From: Eledone cirrhosa
Lineage: Eukaryota
Assembly: GCA_964016885.1 (NCBI GenBank)
Contig: OZ024743.1
Location: forward strand, 27,838,001-27,902,000
DNA length: 64,000 nt
Direction of reading: 5' to 3'
Shown here: positions 29,136 to 42,790 of the stretch, in pieces
Layout of the letters: each line of letters begins with the position of its first letter
How positions within the stretch are numbered: the first letter of the stretch is position 1
Program-made: the position numbers and the translations under genes
The notes under the pieces: model-generated
What the model saw: the letters and a program-made list of their open reading frames with translations, nothing else
Databases searched by the model: none
Told to the model about the DNA's origin: nothing

Positions 29136-30454
29136 CTAAACACAGGCATAATAATGAAAAGGTTATTTTACGAAATTTCTTCAAATTCTTTAATATTTTT
29201 TTTTTATCATTTGAAATAAGGTAATGCAAGAGTTAATTGCAGTAAGGTTCTATAAGGTAAAACTGGCTTCTTATTATATTTAAATATTACACCAGAATAT
29301 GAAGAAATTACAACTGAAAAGTGACAACATACTTATAGTTCGAATACACAATGTTTTAATCAATAACACTGACCGACATTAACAAAGAAAATTAAAGGAT
29401 GGGGTCAAAATATGATGTGAAATTAATAGGAGTGAAAGAGGATAAGAAGAGCACGAAAGAAATAAAAAGTAAACTAATCAACGTATTGACTAATTGAAAC
29501 TTGTTCTATTTAAGGCGAAGTGGTTTTAATGAGGAAACGAAAGCAACGGTAGCGGGAGAGAGTAAGAAAGAAACTGACAGATTGAAAGTGTGCGAAATAT
29601 ATGAAGAAACAGTGGGTGAAGGGAAACAGAAGAGTGACACACAGACTGGTAGATCAATGAAATTATAGAATATGCGGTGGAAAGTCAGTCTCCAACGGTA
29701 ATCTCCAAAAAGAAGGATGTGGGGAGATTATTTAATGGAGAAAGAGAACGGCAGAGAAGAAATAATGTATAATCTTGACATGAAAAAAAAAAGATGAGAG
29801 AATGACGGAGTGAGTAAAAGAGAGAAGTTTGAAGAAACACTAAGTGGATGTGGTGAGAATAATGAAGAGAGAAAGGAAATTGCTACTGTTTCGTTCAAAT
29901 TTATAATAAATTTCTAGTAAATTTCTAATGGAGAGACTATTGATTGAATGTATTTTGTGTGGAGAAGTGTTACAGAAATGTTAGGGGTAATATGTAGATA
30001 AGGTACCGTAGAAGTATGGGGGTAAAGAGATAAAGATAAGGATATGTATGAATATGGAAAAAGAAAAAGTAAAGGAGAGAAGAAATTGGAAAAAAGATTA
30101 AATAGAAAGAGCGAAATGAGAAAACAAATTAACAGATGATCAATGGGTTATGCACGAAGGAAGAAAAATTACAGAGGAAGGAAGAGTATGAGACTGGATA
30201 GGTGTTAGATGATGAAAGACAGAGGAAGAAATTGATTTTAGAGAAGGGAAGAAATGAAATAAAGATGTAGAGAGACGGCGACAGAATAGAAGAAATAAGA
30301 AGAAAGGTGAAGAAAATAGAAAAACTGAAAGAGAAATAAAGAAGTGAAAAAGTTTATTTGGAGATAGAAACTGAAAGAAGAAATGACGAAATGAGTAGTT
30401 TGGCACGATATATATAAATAATATACACACACACGTGGTGTGTGTGTATAAATA

Positions 30455-31170
30455 TTCGGGGCCTGTCCCAAAGGTAAGGGGAACTGATGTTTTATTTAAA
30501 TATATATTAGATGTAGATGAAATTACAAGTTATCTCGTTTAAAATACGACCCCTGGGAAGTCACACAGCGGTTCCAGCCTTTTTTTCCACCAGTGATCAT
30601 AACAGTATCTGAAGTAATTTTCTGTGACTGCCCTTAACTCGTCGTTTCTAATTTTTTGTATGCTTTGCATAGTTCCAAAATTATGACCCTTCAACTTCGA
30701 TTTCAACTTAAAGAAGAGTTAGAAATCATGTGCAGCTATATCTGAGCTGTAGGTGGAATGTGGAAAAGTGGGAATGTTTTTCTTCACCAGAATTTCTCTA
30801 CTAGAAAGTGCTGTGCGAGCAGCCTTATTATCATGGTGTAGAAACCAAACTCCTGCAATCTTGTTTCAGATGCGCTGGACTCGTTTTCGATGTAATTCCA
30901 AGACATATTTGTAGAAGGTGCAATTAACTACTGACTGTTCTGGGGATAAAAGCTCTTTGTGAACAATACCATGTCGGTCGAATAAAATGATAATCATATT
31001 TTTTCACCCGGGATCTGATCACGCGTGCTTTCTTCGGAGGAGAATATTTTGTGTACTACTCCTTACTTTGCCGTTTTCGCTCTGAATCGTGCTCAAACAT
31101 CCATGTTGCATCTCCTGTTATTACTTTATACAAGAAATTTGGCTCAGATTCAAGTGTTTCTGGCAAATCC
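30455..31170 (-). pseudogene. Decayed mariner transposon
   Basis: Terminus-like CGGGGCCTGTCCCAAAGGTAAG; minus strand LFFKLKSKLKGHNF..WNRCVTSQGSYF, typical of a mariner transposase C-terminus. Confidence 0.75.
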
Positions 31171-31324
31171 TGACAAAAGCCAGAGTGTGTAAGGAAAGAG
31201 TGGCAAGCGAATAGAGATATAGAGACGAATGGCATATAAATAAAGAGAAAGGTAAAGTTGATAAAAATGAAAGGAATTTCTTAATTAATTGTTTGTGTGA
31301 GTGTGTGTATATATATACGTGTGA

Positions 31325-31416
<92 letters not shown>

Positions 31417-32439
31417 GTGCGTGGAATTGGGGTGAGAAGGTGATTGTTCGTTTAATTTTTAACTTTCCTCTTACTTTTTCCTATGTGATAAAAACAATAC
31501 TAATTATTAATTGTTATCGGTGAAAATAACTGGAGGAGAAAAGCAGCTGGTAATGTGAAGTGATGCTAAAAATCAGATTGATGGGAATAACAAAAAATGC
31601 AACAACGACTAAATAAAAAATTAATGAAAGAACAAAGAAGAAATAATGTTTATTTATTTTATTTTTCTTAATTATTTGTTAACGACTCCCTCCGAAAAGA
31701 AACAGTATATAGGAAATACAATAAATATTAATTGAGTTAATTTGTCAAGTTCGATTTTTTTAGAATGTATTTTTCCTTTTATCTTATTAATATTTGTGAT
31801 TATTACATCCCTTCTTTTGCAGAATGTTTATTTATTTCATTAATCCGTAGCAAAATTTTAATTAGATGTGGTAAGGGAGGAGAAATACTATTGAGTTCAT
31901 AGAGTTGAAGTTTCACTCCCAGGCCTCTACATATTACATTTTCGCTACGTTTTCTGTAACAATTACGTTCCGCGTTTTTGTCCTTGAACAAGGCCTGGAC
32001 AATAGAACAATCATTTTCAGCCACGGATGATCAGATCTATGATCAAAGTCTTTATCACTGAAGCGTTTCATCACAAAAATAATGTTTGTTTTAAGTTACG
32101 TATCCACTCTGGTTCAAGATACATGTTTCTATATTTATTGTGTAGCTTCAGTTCAATGTTATAAGCTAGCAACACATATACCAGATTTGTAGCCTTGTAT
32201 GTTGTTACTATTCCCCTCAACTGGGTACATTTCCTTTATTACATTCATTTTTATTCGGGAAGATTTTTTCTCATATTTGTTCTGAGTGGCGTCCCTTTGC
32301 AGTTGATGTGAAACTGTTGCAATGTAGTATTTTCATGCTTTTTTTCTTAGCGAAACGTTGTAATTTAAATGAACTGCAACTGACAATGGGAAGGCGTATA
32401 TGCTACTTAGTACTAGCTTCAGTGGTACCAGTGTGTGTG

Positions 32440-32776
32440 TGTGGTGCGGTAAATAAATATATACATATACACCAGGTTCGAACAGAAAGAAACTAAACTC
32501 TCACTCTCACTGCCACTGTCTCTCCTGCTCTCCCCGCTCTCACTGATAGGAGAAAACGGGGGCCCACGCGCTGGACAGAATAGACAAGGCGTTTCCCCGG
32601 GTGATGGTGAGGCAGACGCGCTGGAAGACCTATTCCAGCTCGCTAGGCTCACACCTGCGGGTAGCCAACTCTGTGCCGATGGTGATGAGTAGGGAGGTGG
32701 CTCTAGGGCCGAGGACGCCAGAAGTCTCCTTGCTGGAAGATCGTTGTTGGTATTGATATTGTTATGTTAGCTTACA
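32440..32776. mobile_element. Possible solo LTR or GC-rich repeat relic
   Basis: GC-rich island bounded by TG..CA; no TSD found. Confidence 0.3.
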
Positions 32777-33956
32777 TCGTCATGTTGTTATTGTGCTTAT
32801 ATTACAACTTTTAGCCAGCGTTGAGTCGACAGATTCCGTTATGTGAATCAGTGTACGTTTAAAAATCCATTGTGTCTGTTCGTTTAGATGTTTATGTATA
32901 ATGTCGATTTCTATGTGTTTGATATTTCATAGATTTTTATTTTTTGTATAAAAATTTAGGTTCAGATTGTATATATGATTTTTTGAGTTGTTTACTCATG
33001 TCCTATTTCCAGTATATAATGTGATTATATTCACGATTAGAACGACAGAGACACATGTGACATGATGACATTGTCTATTTATTGGTGATATATATACAAT
33101 TACAAATCTTTAAAATTTTCGACAAAATGTTGTAGCGAAAGTTATTTACAGCTTTAGTTTTCATTAAAATCGATTTAACTCTCTGTTTCACTAACGTATT
33201 TCTAATGACATACTATGTATTTTAATTAATTAGTGTAGAATTGGAGGAGGTTTGTTTATATATATATATATTCAATCAATTTAAACGTAGAGCAATTAAG
33301 TAGAGCAATTAAGCCATGAGATGTATCTAGTTCCCTTTACAGTTAAGAAACAAAAGTAAGATAGACAGGAAGTTAAAAAAACGGAAGGCTAATGGAAGAC
33401 AAAAGGAGCATAATAAGATGAAAAAATGACAAAAATCAATGACAGCTATAAACAGATAAGTTTCTATAGAAGAATATGTTCGTAACCATCATATACTGAA
33501 ATATTTTGTTTATTTCCAATCTCAGTAGGTTTTAAAGATCAATTTCAAGATTTCCTCTTTCTCATTAAGGTAGATTCTACATTGGAACAAATAGTGCAAA
33601 AACAGTTTTTGAGCAGTTCCATAAGGCCATAAAGTTGATTCTATACGATTTGTTAATTGAAGTAGGAACCGTTTGAAAAGAGAGATTTTTTCATAAGAAC
33701 AAGGCGGTTTTGGGCGAGTTGATATTAAATGGCTAAATATCATAAGTCTGCCTAGGCGTAGATACTTAGTGTAGCGCGTAAAGATTTATCTGAAACATTG
33801 CCTGCTTAGTTTGTTATATATGTATTTTGTTCTGTACATACTGACAAAATATTGTGTAGAAATATTTGTATCTAACCTTATTTAAGTTGCCATTAAATAA
33901 GCGGTGATTATACACATCCGAATATTGAACTGGCCACAACGATGGTTATGATTTAA

Positions 33957-34373
33957 GTATGTATGTTCTTCTGGTTTTATAATTTCACAAATTTTTACCA
34001 ATAGAGAGAGAGAGTCGATTTCTAACATAGACACAAGACTCTCTCATTGGAATTTACACAACATCAACTAGGTAGATTATGTATGTATGTCTGCATGTGT
34101 AGATATGGATGTTATTGTATGTGTGGATGTGTATGTTTTGAGTTGTATGTGTGCATGTGTATATATGCTTTGTATTTGTACATGTGTATATGCAGTTATT
34201 AGATGCAACATTTTTAGAATGTTTTACATATTTTTACTGTTCCATTAATGGATTGTACTTGTAATTTCCTAACTAGTTGTGTTCTTTCTGTTCCTCAGAA
34301 GCCTAGCTTCTCAAGATTTGTATTGAGGCAGTTACTAACATACCCCAGTGCCCGAATAATCACAGGCATAAAT
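33957..34373 (-). mobile_element. 3' end of (TACA)n-associated R4/Dong-like family
   Basis: Reverse complement of about 60195-60600; TGTA repeats on both sides. Confidence 0.85.
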
Positions 34374-34468
34374 GTATGTATGTATGTATGTATGTATGTA
34401 TATCGCTGTGTGTACGCATCGGCTTACCTATCCAATTACCTAACTTCTTTCTTCTCTATTTATTGCCG

Positions 34469-34502
<34 letters not shown>

Positions 34503-34503
34503 T

Positions 34504-35110
34504 GTCAGGTCACCACTTGGTGCTACTGGTAACATGTATCCCAGTACAACCTGTCTCATGGTCGGGTCGTTGGCGACTAAACTGGCAACCCCACCAAGGT
34601 TTCTTGGTGAGGAGGGTGACTTTGGGCATCCTGCAGGACTAAAAACAAAACCTGTCAAAGGGCAAACAGCTCTTAAGAGTCAATGGCCATCCAGAATCAC
34701 CGGGAGAGATGACCCCTTAGCCTTTGTCAAGGCAGAATTCTAGGAGAAGGAAAACTCTGATATAACACCTGCAACCCTGATGGTATCCAATGATGTTGAC
34801 TTGTTCTTCTTTTTGGTAAATATCATCTTGGTTAAGAGAGTGGGACTGGCTTTGTGCAGTGCCTTTGCTCACTATAAAAGCTTCACGGCACAGGCATTGC
34901 TTTATATCTGGAGATCTCTCTGCACTTGTCGTCACATGGTACCATGGGCCTAGCACTATGTGTCAATAATTGTCACAAGTGTAGTGTTTGTACCAGAGTT
35001 TTCAAGTCGCTGGCTGGACTAAAAAGTCAGTCATTCAGCGCATCGGTAGAGGTTCTCCTACATGGATATGAAGTAGTGGCCGTACTCGAAAACGAGTTGG
35101 CAGCCACCAT
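34504..35110 (+). mobile_element. Bipartite RTE derivative, subfamily C copy 1
   Basis: RTE-like 5'UTR (CTAGGAGAAGGAAAACTCTGA) plus 3' module encoding HKCSVCTRVFKSLAGLKS and hairpin ACTCG-AAAA-CGAGT; (TGTA)n tail. Confidence 0.85.
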
Positions 35111-35182
35111 GTATGTATGTATGTATGTATGTATGTATGTATGTATGTATGTATGTATGTATGTATGTATGTATGTATTTAT

Positions 35183-35788
35183 GTCAGGTCACCAGTTGGT
35201 GCTACTGGTAACATGTATCCCAGTACAACCTGTCTCATGGTCGGGTCGTTGGCGACTAAACTGGCAACCCCACCAAGGTTTCTTGGTGAGGAGGGTGAAT
35301 TTGGACATCGTGCAGGACTAAAAACAAAACCTGTCAAAGGGCAAATGAGCTCTTAAGAGTCAATGGCCATCCAAAATCACTGGGAGAGATGACCCCTTAG
35401 CCTTTGTCAAGGCAGAATTATAGGAGAAGGAAAACTCTGATATAACACCTGCAACCCTGATGGTATCCAATGATGTTGACTTGTTCTTCTTTTTGGTAAA
35501 TATCATATTGGTTAAGAGAGTGGGACTGGCTTTGTGCAGTGCCTTTTCTCACTATAAAAGCTTCACGGCACAGGCATTGCTTTATATCTGGAGATCTCTC
35601 TGCACTTGTCATCACATGGTACCATGGGCCCAGCACTATGTGTCAATAATTGTCACAAGTGTAGTGTTTGTACCAGAGTTTTCAAGTCGCTGGCTGGACT
35701 AAAAATTCACACTCGTTCAGCGCATCGGTGGGGGTTCTCCTACATATAAGGTGGTGGCCGTACTCGAAAACGAGTTGGCAGCCACCAT
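35183..35788 (+). mobile_element. Subfamily C copy 2
   Basis: Head-to-tail near-identical repeat of 34504-35110. Confidence 0.85.
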
Positions 35789-35924
35789 GTATATATATAT
35801 CTGTATGTATGTATGTGTGTATGTATATGTATATGTATGTATATGTATATATATATGTATGTATATAGGTATTTGTATATATATATATATATGGGTATAT
35901 GTATGTATATATATATGTATGTAG

Positions 35925-36312
35925 GACCCCTTAGCCTTTGTCAAGGCAGAATTCTAGAAGGAAAACTCTGATATAACACCTGCAACCCTGATGGTATCCA
36001 ATGATGTTGACTTGTTCTTCTTTTTGGTAAATATCATCTTGGTTAAGAGAGTGGGACTGGCTTTGTGTAGTGCCTTTTCTCACTATAAAAGCTTCACGGC
36101 ATAGGCATTGTTTTATATCTGGAGATCTCTCTGCACTTGTCATCACATGGTACCATGGACACTATGTGTCAATAATTGTCACAAGTGTTTGTACCAGAGT
36201 TTTCAAGTCGCTGGCTGGACTAAAAAGTCACACTTGTTCAGCGCATCGGTAAGGGTTCTCCTACATGGATATAAAGTAGTGGCCGTACTCGAAAACGAGT
36301 TGGCAGCCACCA
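35925..36312 (+). mobile_element. Subfamily C copy 3, 5'-truncated
   Basis: Starts at GACCCCTTAGCC; same 3' end as copies 1 and 2. Confidence 0.85.
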
Positions 36313-36333
36313 TGTATGTATGTATGTATGTAT

Positions 36334-36977
36334 GTCGGGTCACTCTTGGGTGCTACTGGGAACATGTAACCCAGTACAACCTGTCGATTGTCAGGTCGTT
36401 GGTGACTAAACCGGCAACCCCACCAAGTTTACTTGGTCAGGAGGGAGTTTGGACACCCTGCAGGACAAAAAACAAAACCTAACAAAGGGTGGAAGAACTC
36501 ATAAGGGTCAACGGCCATCCAAAAGTGTGTAAATATATATATACACATGTACATATGTATGTACATGGGTGCATGTGTATGTATATGCGCAGGGACATAG
36601 AAATAGTCGGGCTGGACACCCGATCGCGCGGTTAAACCAATGGGAGTGAAGGACCCCTAGCCTTTGTCATGGCATTCTTCTAGGAGAAGGCAACTCAGGA
36701 AACTGGGATAACTCCGATATAAAACCTGCGACTTCGTTTGCATCCAATGATGTAAACCAGTTCTACTTTTTGGGTAAATGCATTTGATGTTCAGAGAGTA
36801 GGATTGGTACCGTGCAAAGCTTTTCCTCAGTTAAAAAAGCTTCAAGCACAGGTATCGCTTGCTATATGACATTTACTTTTTGCGATGGATGACATGGCTG
36901 ACCATAGGCAAGTCCCTGGCAGGACTAAAAAGCCACGTCCTCTTACTCATTACTTGAAATCGAGTTGCAGCCATCAT
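36334..36977 (+). mobile_element. Bipartite RTE derivative, subfamily D
   Basis: B-type 5' module with a different 3' module, shared with 43847-44020. Confidence 0.8.
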
Positions 36978-37437
36978 GTATGTATGTATGTATGTATGTA
37001 TGTATTATTTTAGATATGTATTGTTATGTATGTATTTATGTGTGTGTATATGTATATATATATATTTGTGTGAGTGTGCACGTATGGTCATTATAAATTG
37101 CATTATTTATATAGCTTCTTGCATGGTAGTATTTCTCTGTGAAAAAGATAAGCGAAAGAATTCATTAAGCTTTTAAATAGATTGAATTTTTAGATTGCTG
37201 ATTTTCGGACTATTCATTATTTCTGCGCACTCAAATCGTGACATAAATGATAATAGGATTTCGATGCTTTAGAGATAAGTTTTCGAACTGATTTCTTCGG
37301 TTATACCCTTCTACTAAATATTTACGGAAAACAATACCTTTTAAAACATAATGCCGAACATAGAAGCATGAAAGATGCGATGAATAGTATAGAAAATTCA
37401 AATAGTATTTTAATTTTATAGAATGGAGAAAACTGTG

Positions 37438-37537
37438 TATTCACCTGGGCTGCTAGATACAACAGTCAAATCTCTCATTGAAACAATATTCACCTGGGTT
37501 ACTAGATACAACAGTCAAATCTCTCATTGAAACAATA
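37438..37537. repeat. Tandem duplication of a 49-bp unit
   Basis: TATTCACCTGGG..CATTGAAACAA occurs twice. Confidence 0.9.
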
Positions 37538-39168
37538 GGCATATTTTGGATAACATATTTCTAGATATTCAAGCCCTGCTAGAAGGACTGGATTGTCATA
37601 ACTGAAATGCAGTGGGTCATAAGTCGATTCAGTCCAGGATTGACCTCCGGTCTAATGGACAGCGGCAACGACGAATAAATTTAACACGTGAGCGTTCGTT
37701 TCCATGATGATTTATTTGTGTGTAAAATGAATAAAACGCTGATGGCTTTCGAAATCCTAAACTGATATTTCAATTCTTTGTCAGGTCATATAATCAATAA
37801 TGTATCCGTATATCACTGAAACTCTCATACTTGAAAACATAAAAAGAAACATTTCATGCTTAGCCGTTAGAAAATTTTCTTCCAGCATCTTCAAAAACTT
37901 CTTTTGAATCAACAAGGGAGCCGCTACACTGTCACTCGAAGTGATGTTTCCATGCCCTTCTTCGGCTTTCCGGGACTGCGAAGATTCCTGGAGTTGATGT
38001 CCAGCGTGACAGCTGCAAGTCTACGTCTAATCTCTTCATTGTCTTTTCAATACACTTTATCCTACTGGACGCCATTTTCCTCATCGTTCTTTTCACAATA
38101 CCTCAATCTACACTTGTATTATGTGTGTACGTCTTTCTATGTATGTTCCTGTATGCATGTATGTCAACATGTGTATAAATACAAGTACATATGCATACAA
38201 TGTTTGTATATAAGAACCCCCATGTATGTGTAATTCTGCATGGATACCAATAAATACATACTATTCTGTTCCTTAATCCTTTTAGCTATTTTCTTTATTT
38301 CCTTTCGCATGCATCCATCCATACATACATACATATATGCATGCGTGTATGTGTGTGTGTGTGTGTGTGAGCGGGGTTTATTCTAACTATTTGCCTTTCA
38401 ACTTTTTCATCTCTACTCCAGTTCTCTTCGTCGATTTTGCTTGTAACATACCAGCATCTGTATATCTTCAGCTACATATAATTTGGAGAAGAAAGAGGAA
38501 CAGAGAAAGCGGCCAATGAATGAGTCAGGAGAGATGAAATAGAATGAGAGAAATAAGAGAGCTTAGAATAGCAAGAGAATACAATAATGGAGGTTAGATA
38601 AAAGATATAGAGAAAATGAATAGGATATGAAGCAAGAGAAACATTGATAAGGACAAAAGTTCGTTCAGTAATTGCTTTGTGTTGTTTAAATAAGTGGTGG
38701 CCGGAGAGAGAAAACTTTAAGTGTTTTGAAATATACCACGTTGCCTGTAGAAAGGTCGTTCCTCCACTAATAACATTTTTCGCTTCAAAGAATAAAACAT
38801 CTTTTTATATTTATATATTCAAATTAATATCCGTTCTCATGATCTTTTTTTGAGATAAACGTTAGTTGCTCTGCTGAAGTAATTTACACCTCTACTAGCA
38901 GTGTTTTGTTTATCTTCAGACGCACAAAACAGTATGATATTATCTTTTTATGTAATGTGGTTTAACTATAACTTATGGAATGCCCAAAGGGGAATAGATA
39001 TCATTGTATCTACAAATGCTAGACATCATAATCAATGGCAAACGTTTCTAGCGACTTTACATTTATAAAATTACCGCGTTAGATAAAAACAATATTTCAA
39101 TTCTAAACATTTGTCGATGGTTTACGAAATTTAAATGCAATCCTCAGTATTTAGATCGGAGCTGCTAC

Positions 39169-39299
<131 letters not shown>

Positions 39300-39539
39300 C
39301 CTAAACTATTTGACTAACACTTACTAATGGATATGATACAAATCGAAGGCCTGGTCAGAATGTTTATATTTAGACATTTTCACTATTTCTTTCAGATATA
39401 TATTATAGTTTGTTGGAAATTATAGATCGATTATTTTTCTTCTGATGTCTGTTGACATTAGTATCTTGATAATTTTCTAGCTGTGTATGAAATGGTGTGT
39501 TAGTAATTCTCTAAGGCATTTTTCTGGTATATGATGCTG

Positions 39540-39687
39540 ATGTTTAGAATAATATATTCCTTTCCCGAATCCTGTCTGCCTCTCTGGGAATATGTTAATG
39601 TCCATCCAGTGAGTAACTAACCTGTTGTGGAGTATTGATATAAGGGCATTGATTAATAAGTAAGTAATACAGATTCCGGGTATCGTG

Positions 39688-39690
<3 letters not shown>
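39540..39690 (-). pseudogene. Decayed LINE RT fragment
   Basis: ILHNRLVTHWMDINIFPERQTGFGKG matches the RT domain pattern ILxxRL..PxxQxGFRxG. Confidence 0.55.
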
Positions 39691-39717
<27 letters not shown>

Positions 39718-39720
<3 letters not shown>

Positions 39721-39799
39721 GTAGGAGGTGAGTTTTATTGTAGTACAATAAAGCAATGCAGATATCGGATATATATATATATTTATATATATATATATT

Positions 39800-39849
<50 letters not shown>

Positions 39850-40065
39850 TATATATTTATATATATATATATATATATTTATTTATATATATATTTATAT
39901 TTATATATATATATATGTATAAATGTATATATATATATATATAAATATATAAATATATATATATATAAATATATATATATATAAATATATATATATATAA
40001 ATATATATATATCCGATATCTGCATAGCTTTATTGTACTACAATAAAACTCACCTCCTACATATA
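39718..40065. repeat. Inverted repeat (about 55-bp arms) around an AT microsatellite
   Basis: TGTAGGAGGTGAGTTTTATTGTAGTACAATAAAGC..ATCGGA and its reverse complement at 40012-40062. Confidence 0.9.
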
Positions 40066-40080
40066 TATATATAAACAAAA

Positions 40081-40254
40081 GGAATTGTGGTAAGGAACCA
40101 GATGGACCATAACGCACCAGAGTACTCGATACTTAGGCTAGTAGAGTGGGAAATAGGAAAAAGTATGACCCCGACGGCAGAGCTCAAGCCGTTTCGACGG
40201 CTATAGCCGTCGAAACGGCTTGAGCTCTGCCATCGGGGTCATACTTTTCCCTAT
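40081..40254 (-). repeat. Palindromic family A copy 3
   Basis: Near-perfect palindrome centred on GGCTATAGCC (about 40199-40208) with the family tail on the left. Confidence 0.85.
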
Positions 40255-40385
40255 ATATATATATATATATCCCTTGGCCTACTGCAAAATCAATACTTGT
40301 TTTTTTACGAAGAATGAACTCTGGCGTGAACTTATTTCTAAAAACCCATTCCGAGTCATGTAAGGAACGTTTTTTAGTTGTTTAT

Positions 40386-40425
40386 GCCCTTGAGAAGCCT
40401 ATTCGGGCGAAACATTCGTAGGTGC
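40386..40425 (+). ncRNA. Minimal hammerhead motif (U3-A8 variant)
   Basis: GCCC TTGAGAA GCCT attc GGGC GAAA C attc G TA GGtGC, followed by AATAAA. Confidence 0.65.
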
Positions 40426-41179
40426 TATTTTAAATAAACATGTTTTAACGGTTTGTTCTCCTTTATTTACTTCCCCACGTGCTTCCGCTCTGCTAATTCT
40501 CTCGCCCACGAGATATTAACACTTCTAATATTAACACCGCCGGCACTAGTATTGAGCACCCTCTGCTTACGCTATTGGCAAATAACTACATGTATCGCGT
40601 ATCCCTCCTTCACTCTAAGACGGGCCGCCGACGTTCCACCGATCTTGCGGATGAGCTCAGCAGTACGGGGTCCAACTACGCCTGCGGTCTCGACGGCGAC
40701 CGGTGCGAAGAGGAAGCGGCTGAACAAACTCCGGTATATGTTTATTTTACATTCTTCTACGAGGCGGGCTGTGATGCCGGGCTTTGTGGCCGAAGTGACT
40801 ACGTTGGAGGCGGAGAACGTGACGTACCAGGTGGCGTCCCAGATGAGTTAGTTATGTTAAGTTAAGTTATGTTATCAGTTTAGGTGTCAACTGACGTAGA
40901 ATATGTATTATGTAAGATGTTATATTTTATTAGGTGATGATACTGTAGTGTATGTTCTCTGACAGTTTTTCTTTAAATAATACCAAGTGAAAATTGTCTA
41001 ATAAGACCTGTTGTATCATTTGGGCAACAAATGAACTGTTAAGATGTGTAAATGAATTGAGGATACCTCGAATACAAAGTGGGTCGTGCCAAACAGGATT
41101 ATCTTTTAATCATGTTAATGTTGTAAGCTCTGATATTATTTTGTTTGTGTCTATAATCATTAAAGTAGTTATAAATCAT

Positions 41180-41430
41180 TGCCAATAAATCATTATTAGC
41201 ATTCCACTTACATTCATACGCCACAACTTAGATATTTCCATTTCAAGTTCCTTTAATACAGTTTTTTGGTTTTGAAAGTTTTCGCGTGTCTTTCATCAGA
41301 TGGCAACGAGATGTCTATTAGAGAAGATATATTATCATTTCAATATATAATGATGATGTCTGCCATATTTGATTTCATATATTTGTCAGTCTCGAGAGAT
41401 AGTTTTAGATTTTGAAGGCAAGTCATTGCG
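41180..41430 (-). pseudogene. Decayed R4/Dong RLE fragment
   Basis: ETDKYMKSNMADIII..LIDISLPSD..ELEMEISKLWRM. Confidence 0.6.
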
Positions 41431-41452
41431 ATATATTATGTAGGATACATAC

Positions 41453-42026
41453 ATGATGGCTGCCCCTCGTTATCGTGTATGGCCATTGCACGATATACCA
41501 TTATTAATAATTATTAATTAATACTATCGTGCAATGCCTGTGAGTGAAGATATTTTTAAAGTGAGGAAAGACTGTGCACTGAGCTAATCCCACTCTCTGA
41601 GCGACAGTAGTTATAACCCGAAAATAAGAAAAGATCAACATCATCGGTAACTACTGAGCCGCAGGTTTTATATCGGAGTTATCCGAGTTTCCTGAGTTGC
41701 CTTCTCCTAGAAGAATGCCCTGACAAATGCTAGGAGTCATTCCCAGTGGTTTAACCGCGTGATCGGGTGTTCAGCCCGACTATTTCTATGTCTCCGCGCA
41801 TATACATATGTACATGTGTGTATACATATTTACACAATTGTGGATGGCCGTTGACTCTTATGAGTTCTTCCGCCCTTTGTCATGTTTTGTTTTTTGTCCT
41901 GCAGGGTGTCCAAAATCACCCTCCTCACCAGCTTGGTAGGGTTGCCGGTTTAGTCACCGACGACCCGACCATGCGACAGGTTGTACTGGGTTACATGTTA
42001 CCAGTAGCACTCAAGAATGACCCGAC
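41453..42026 (-). mobile_element. Subfamily B full copy
   Basis: Homologous to 4398-5006; (TACA)n flanks. Confidence 0.85.
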
Positions 42027-42106
42027 ATACATACATACATACATACATACATACATACATACATACATACATACATACATACATACATACATACATACAT
42101 ACATAC

Positions 42107-42330
42107 ATGATGATGGCTGCCCCCCTCGTTATCGAGTATGGCCATTGCACGATACAACATTATTAATAATTATCAATTAATGCTATCGCACAATGCCTGT
42201 GCGTGAAGATTTTTTTTTAAATTGAGGAAAGACTGTGCACTGAGCCAATCCCACTCTCTGAGCAACAGTAGCTATAACCCGAAAATAAGAAAAGATCAAC
42301 ATCATCGGTAACTACTGAGCCGCAGGTTTT
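42107..42330 (-). mobile_element. Subfamily B, 5'-truncated
   Basis: 3' part only, within (TACA)n. Confidence 0.85.
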
Positions 42331-42419
42331 ATAATACATACACACATAATACATACACACATGCATACATACGTATATATATATATATATATATGTGTTG
42401 TTTGCTACTTCACTTCAGT

Positions 42420-42790
42420 GAACATTGCACAATCATGTACAAGCAGGTGACTTTTCAGACCCGCTTTTGTTTTGCAGGCACGTTCACAGATCTGACACTT
42501 GAACTCTTTCTCCTGGCACTATCTGCTGGATTGTGTCTTCGTGTATTCTACGATGTCTGGTCAGTCCACCAGCTGACTTGCAAATTAAGCCACACTCATT
42601 GAAAATGAACCATGTAGAGCATAGCTGCTGAACCATCTCACAAGTGGCTCGATTCTCCCTGGCTCGTGTGACTTCAGATGGTTGAAAAGTCATCTCATGA
42701 TAGAAGAAATCGGCCACATACATTGCATCTCAATTCCTGATGGATTTCTTCAGGGATTGTATTTGGGCCCCACTTATGGAGTAAACGCTT
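42420..42790 (-). pseudogene. Decayed RTE ORF 3' end with C2H2 fingers
   Basis: ECGLICKSAGGLTRHRRIH and CKTKAGLKSHL match the fingers of the RTE at 49165-49920. Confidence 0.7.

Noticed and set aside
29380-30400. Purine-rich stretch with hydrophobic antisense ORFs
   Set aside because: Low-complexity GA-rich sequence.
34504-36977. CRISPR-like or satellite array
   Set aside because: Units are about 600-bp retroposon copies also dispersed elsewhere, in a eukaryotic context with no cas genes.
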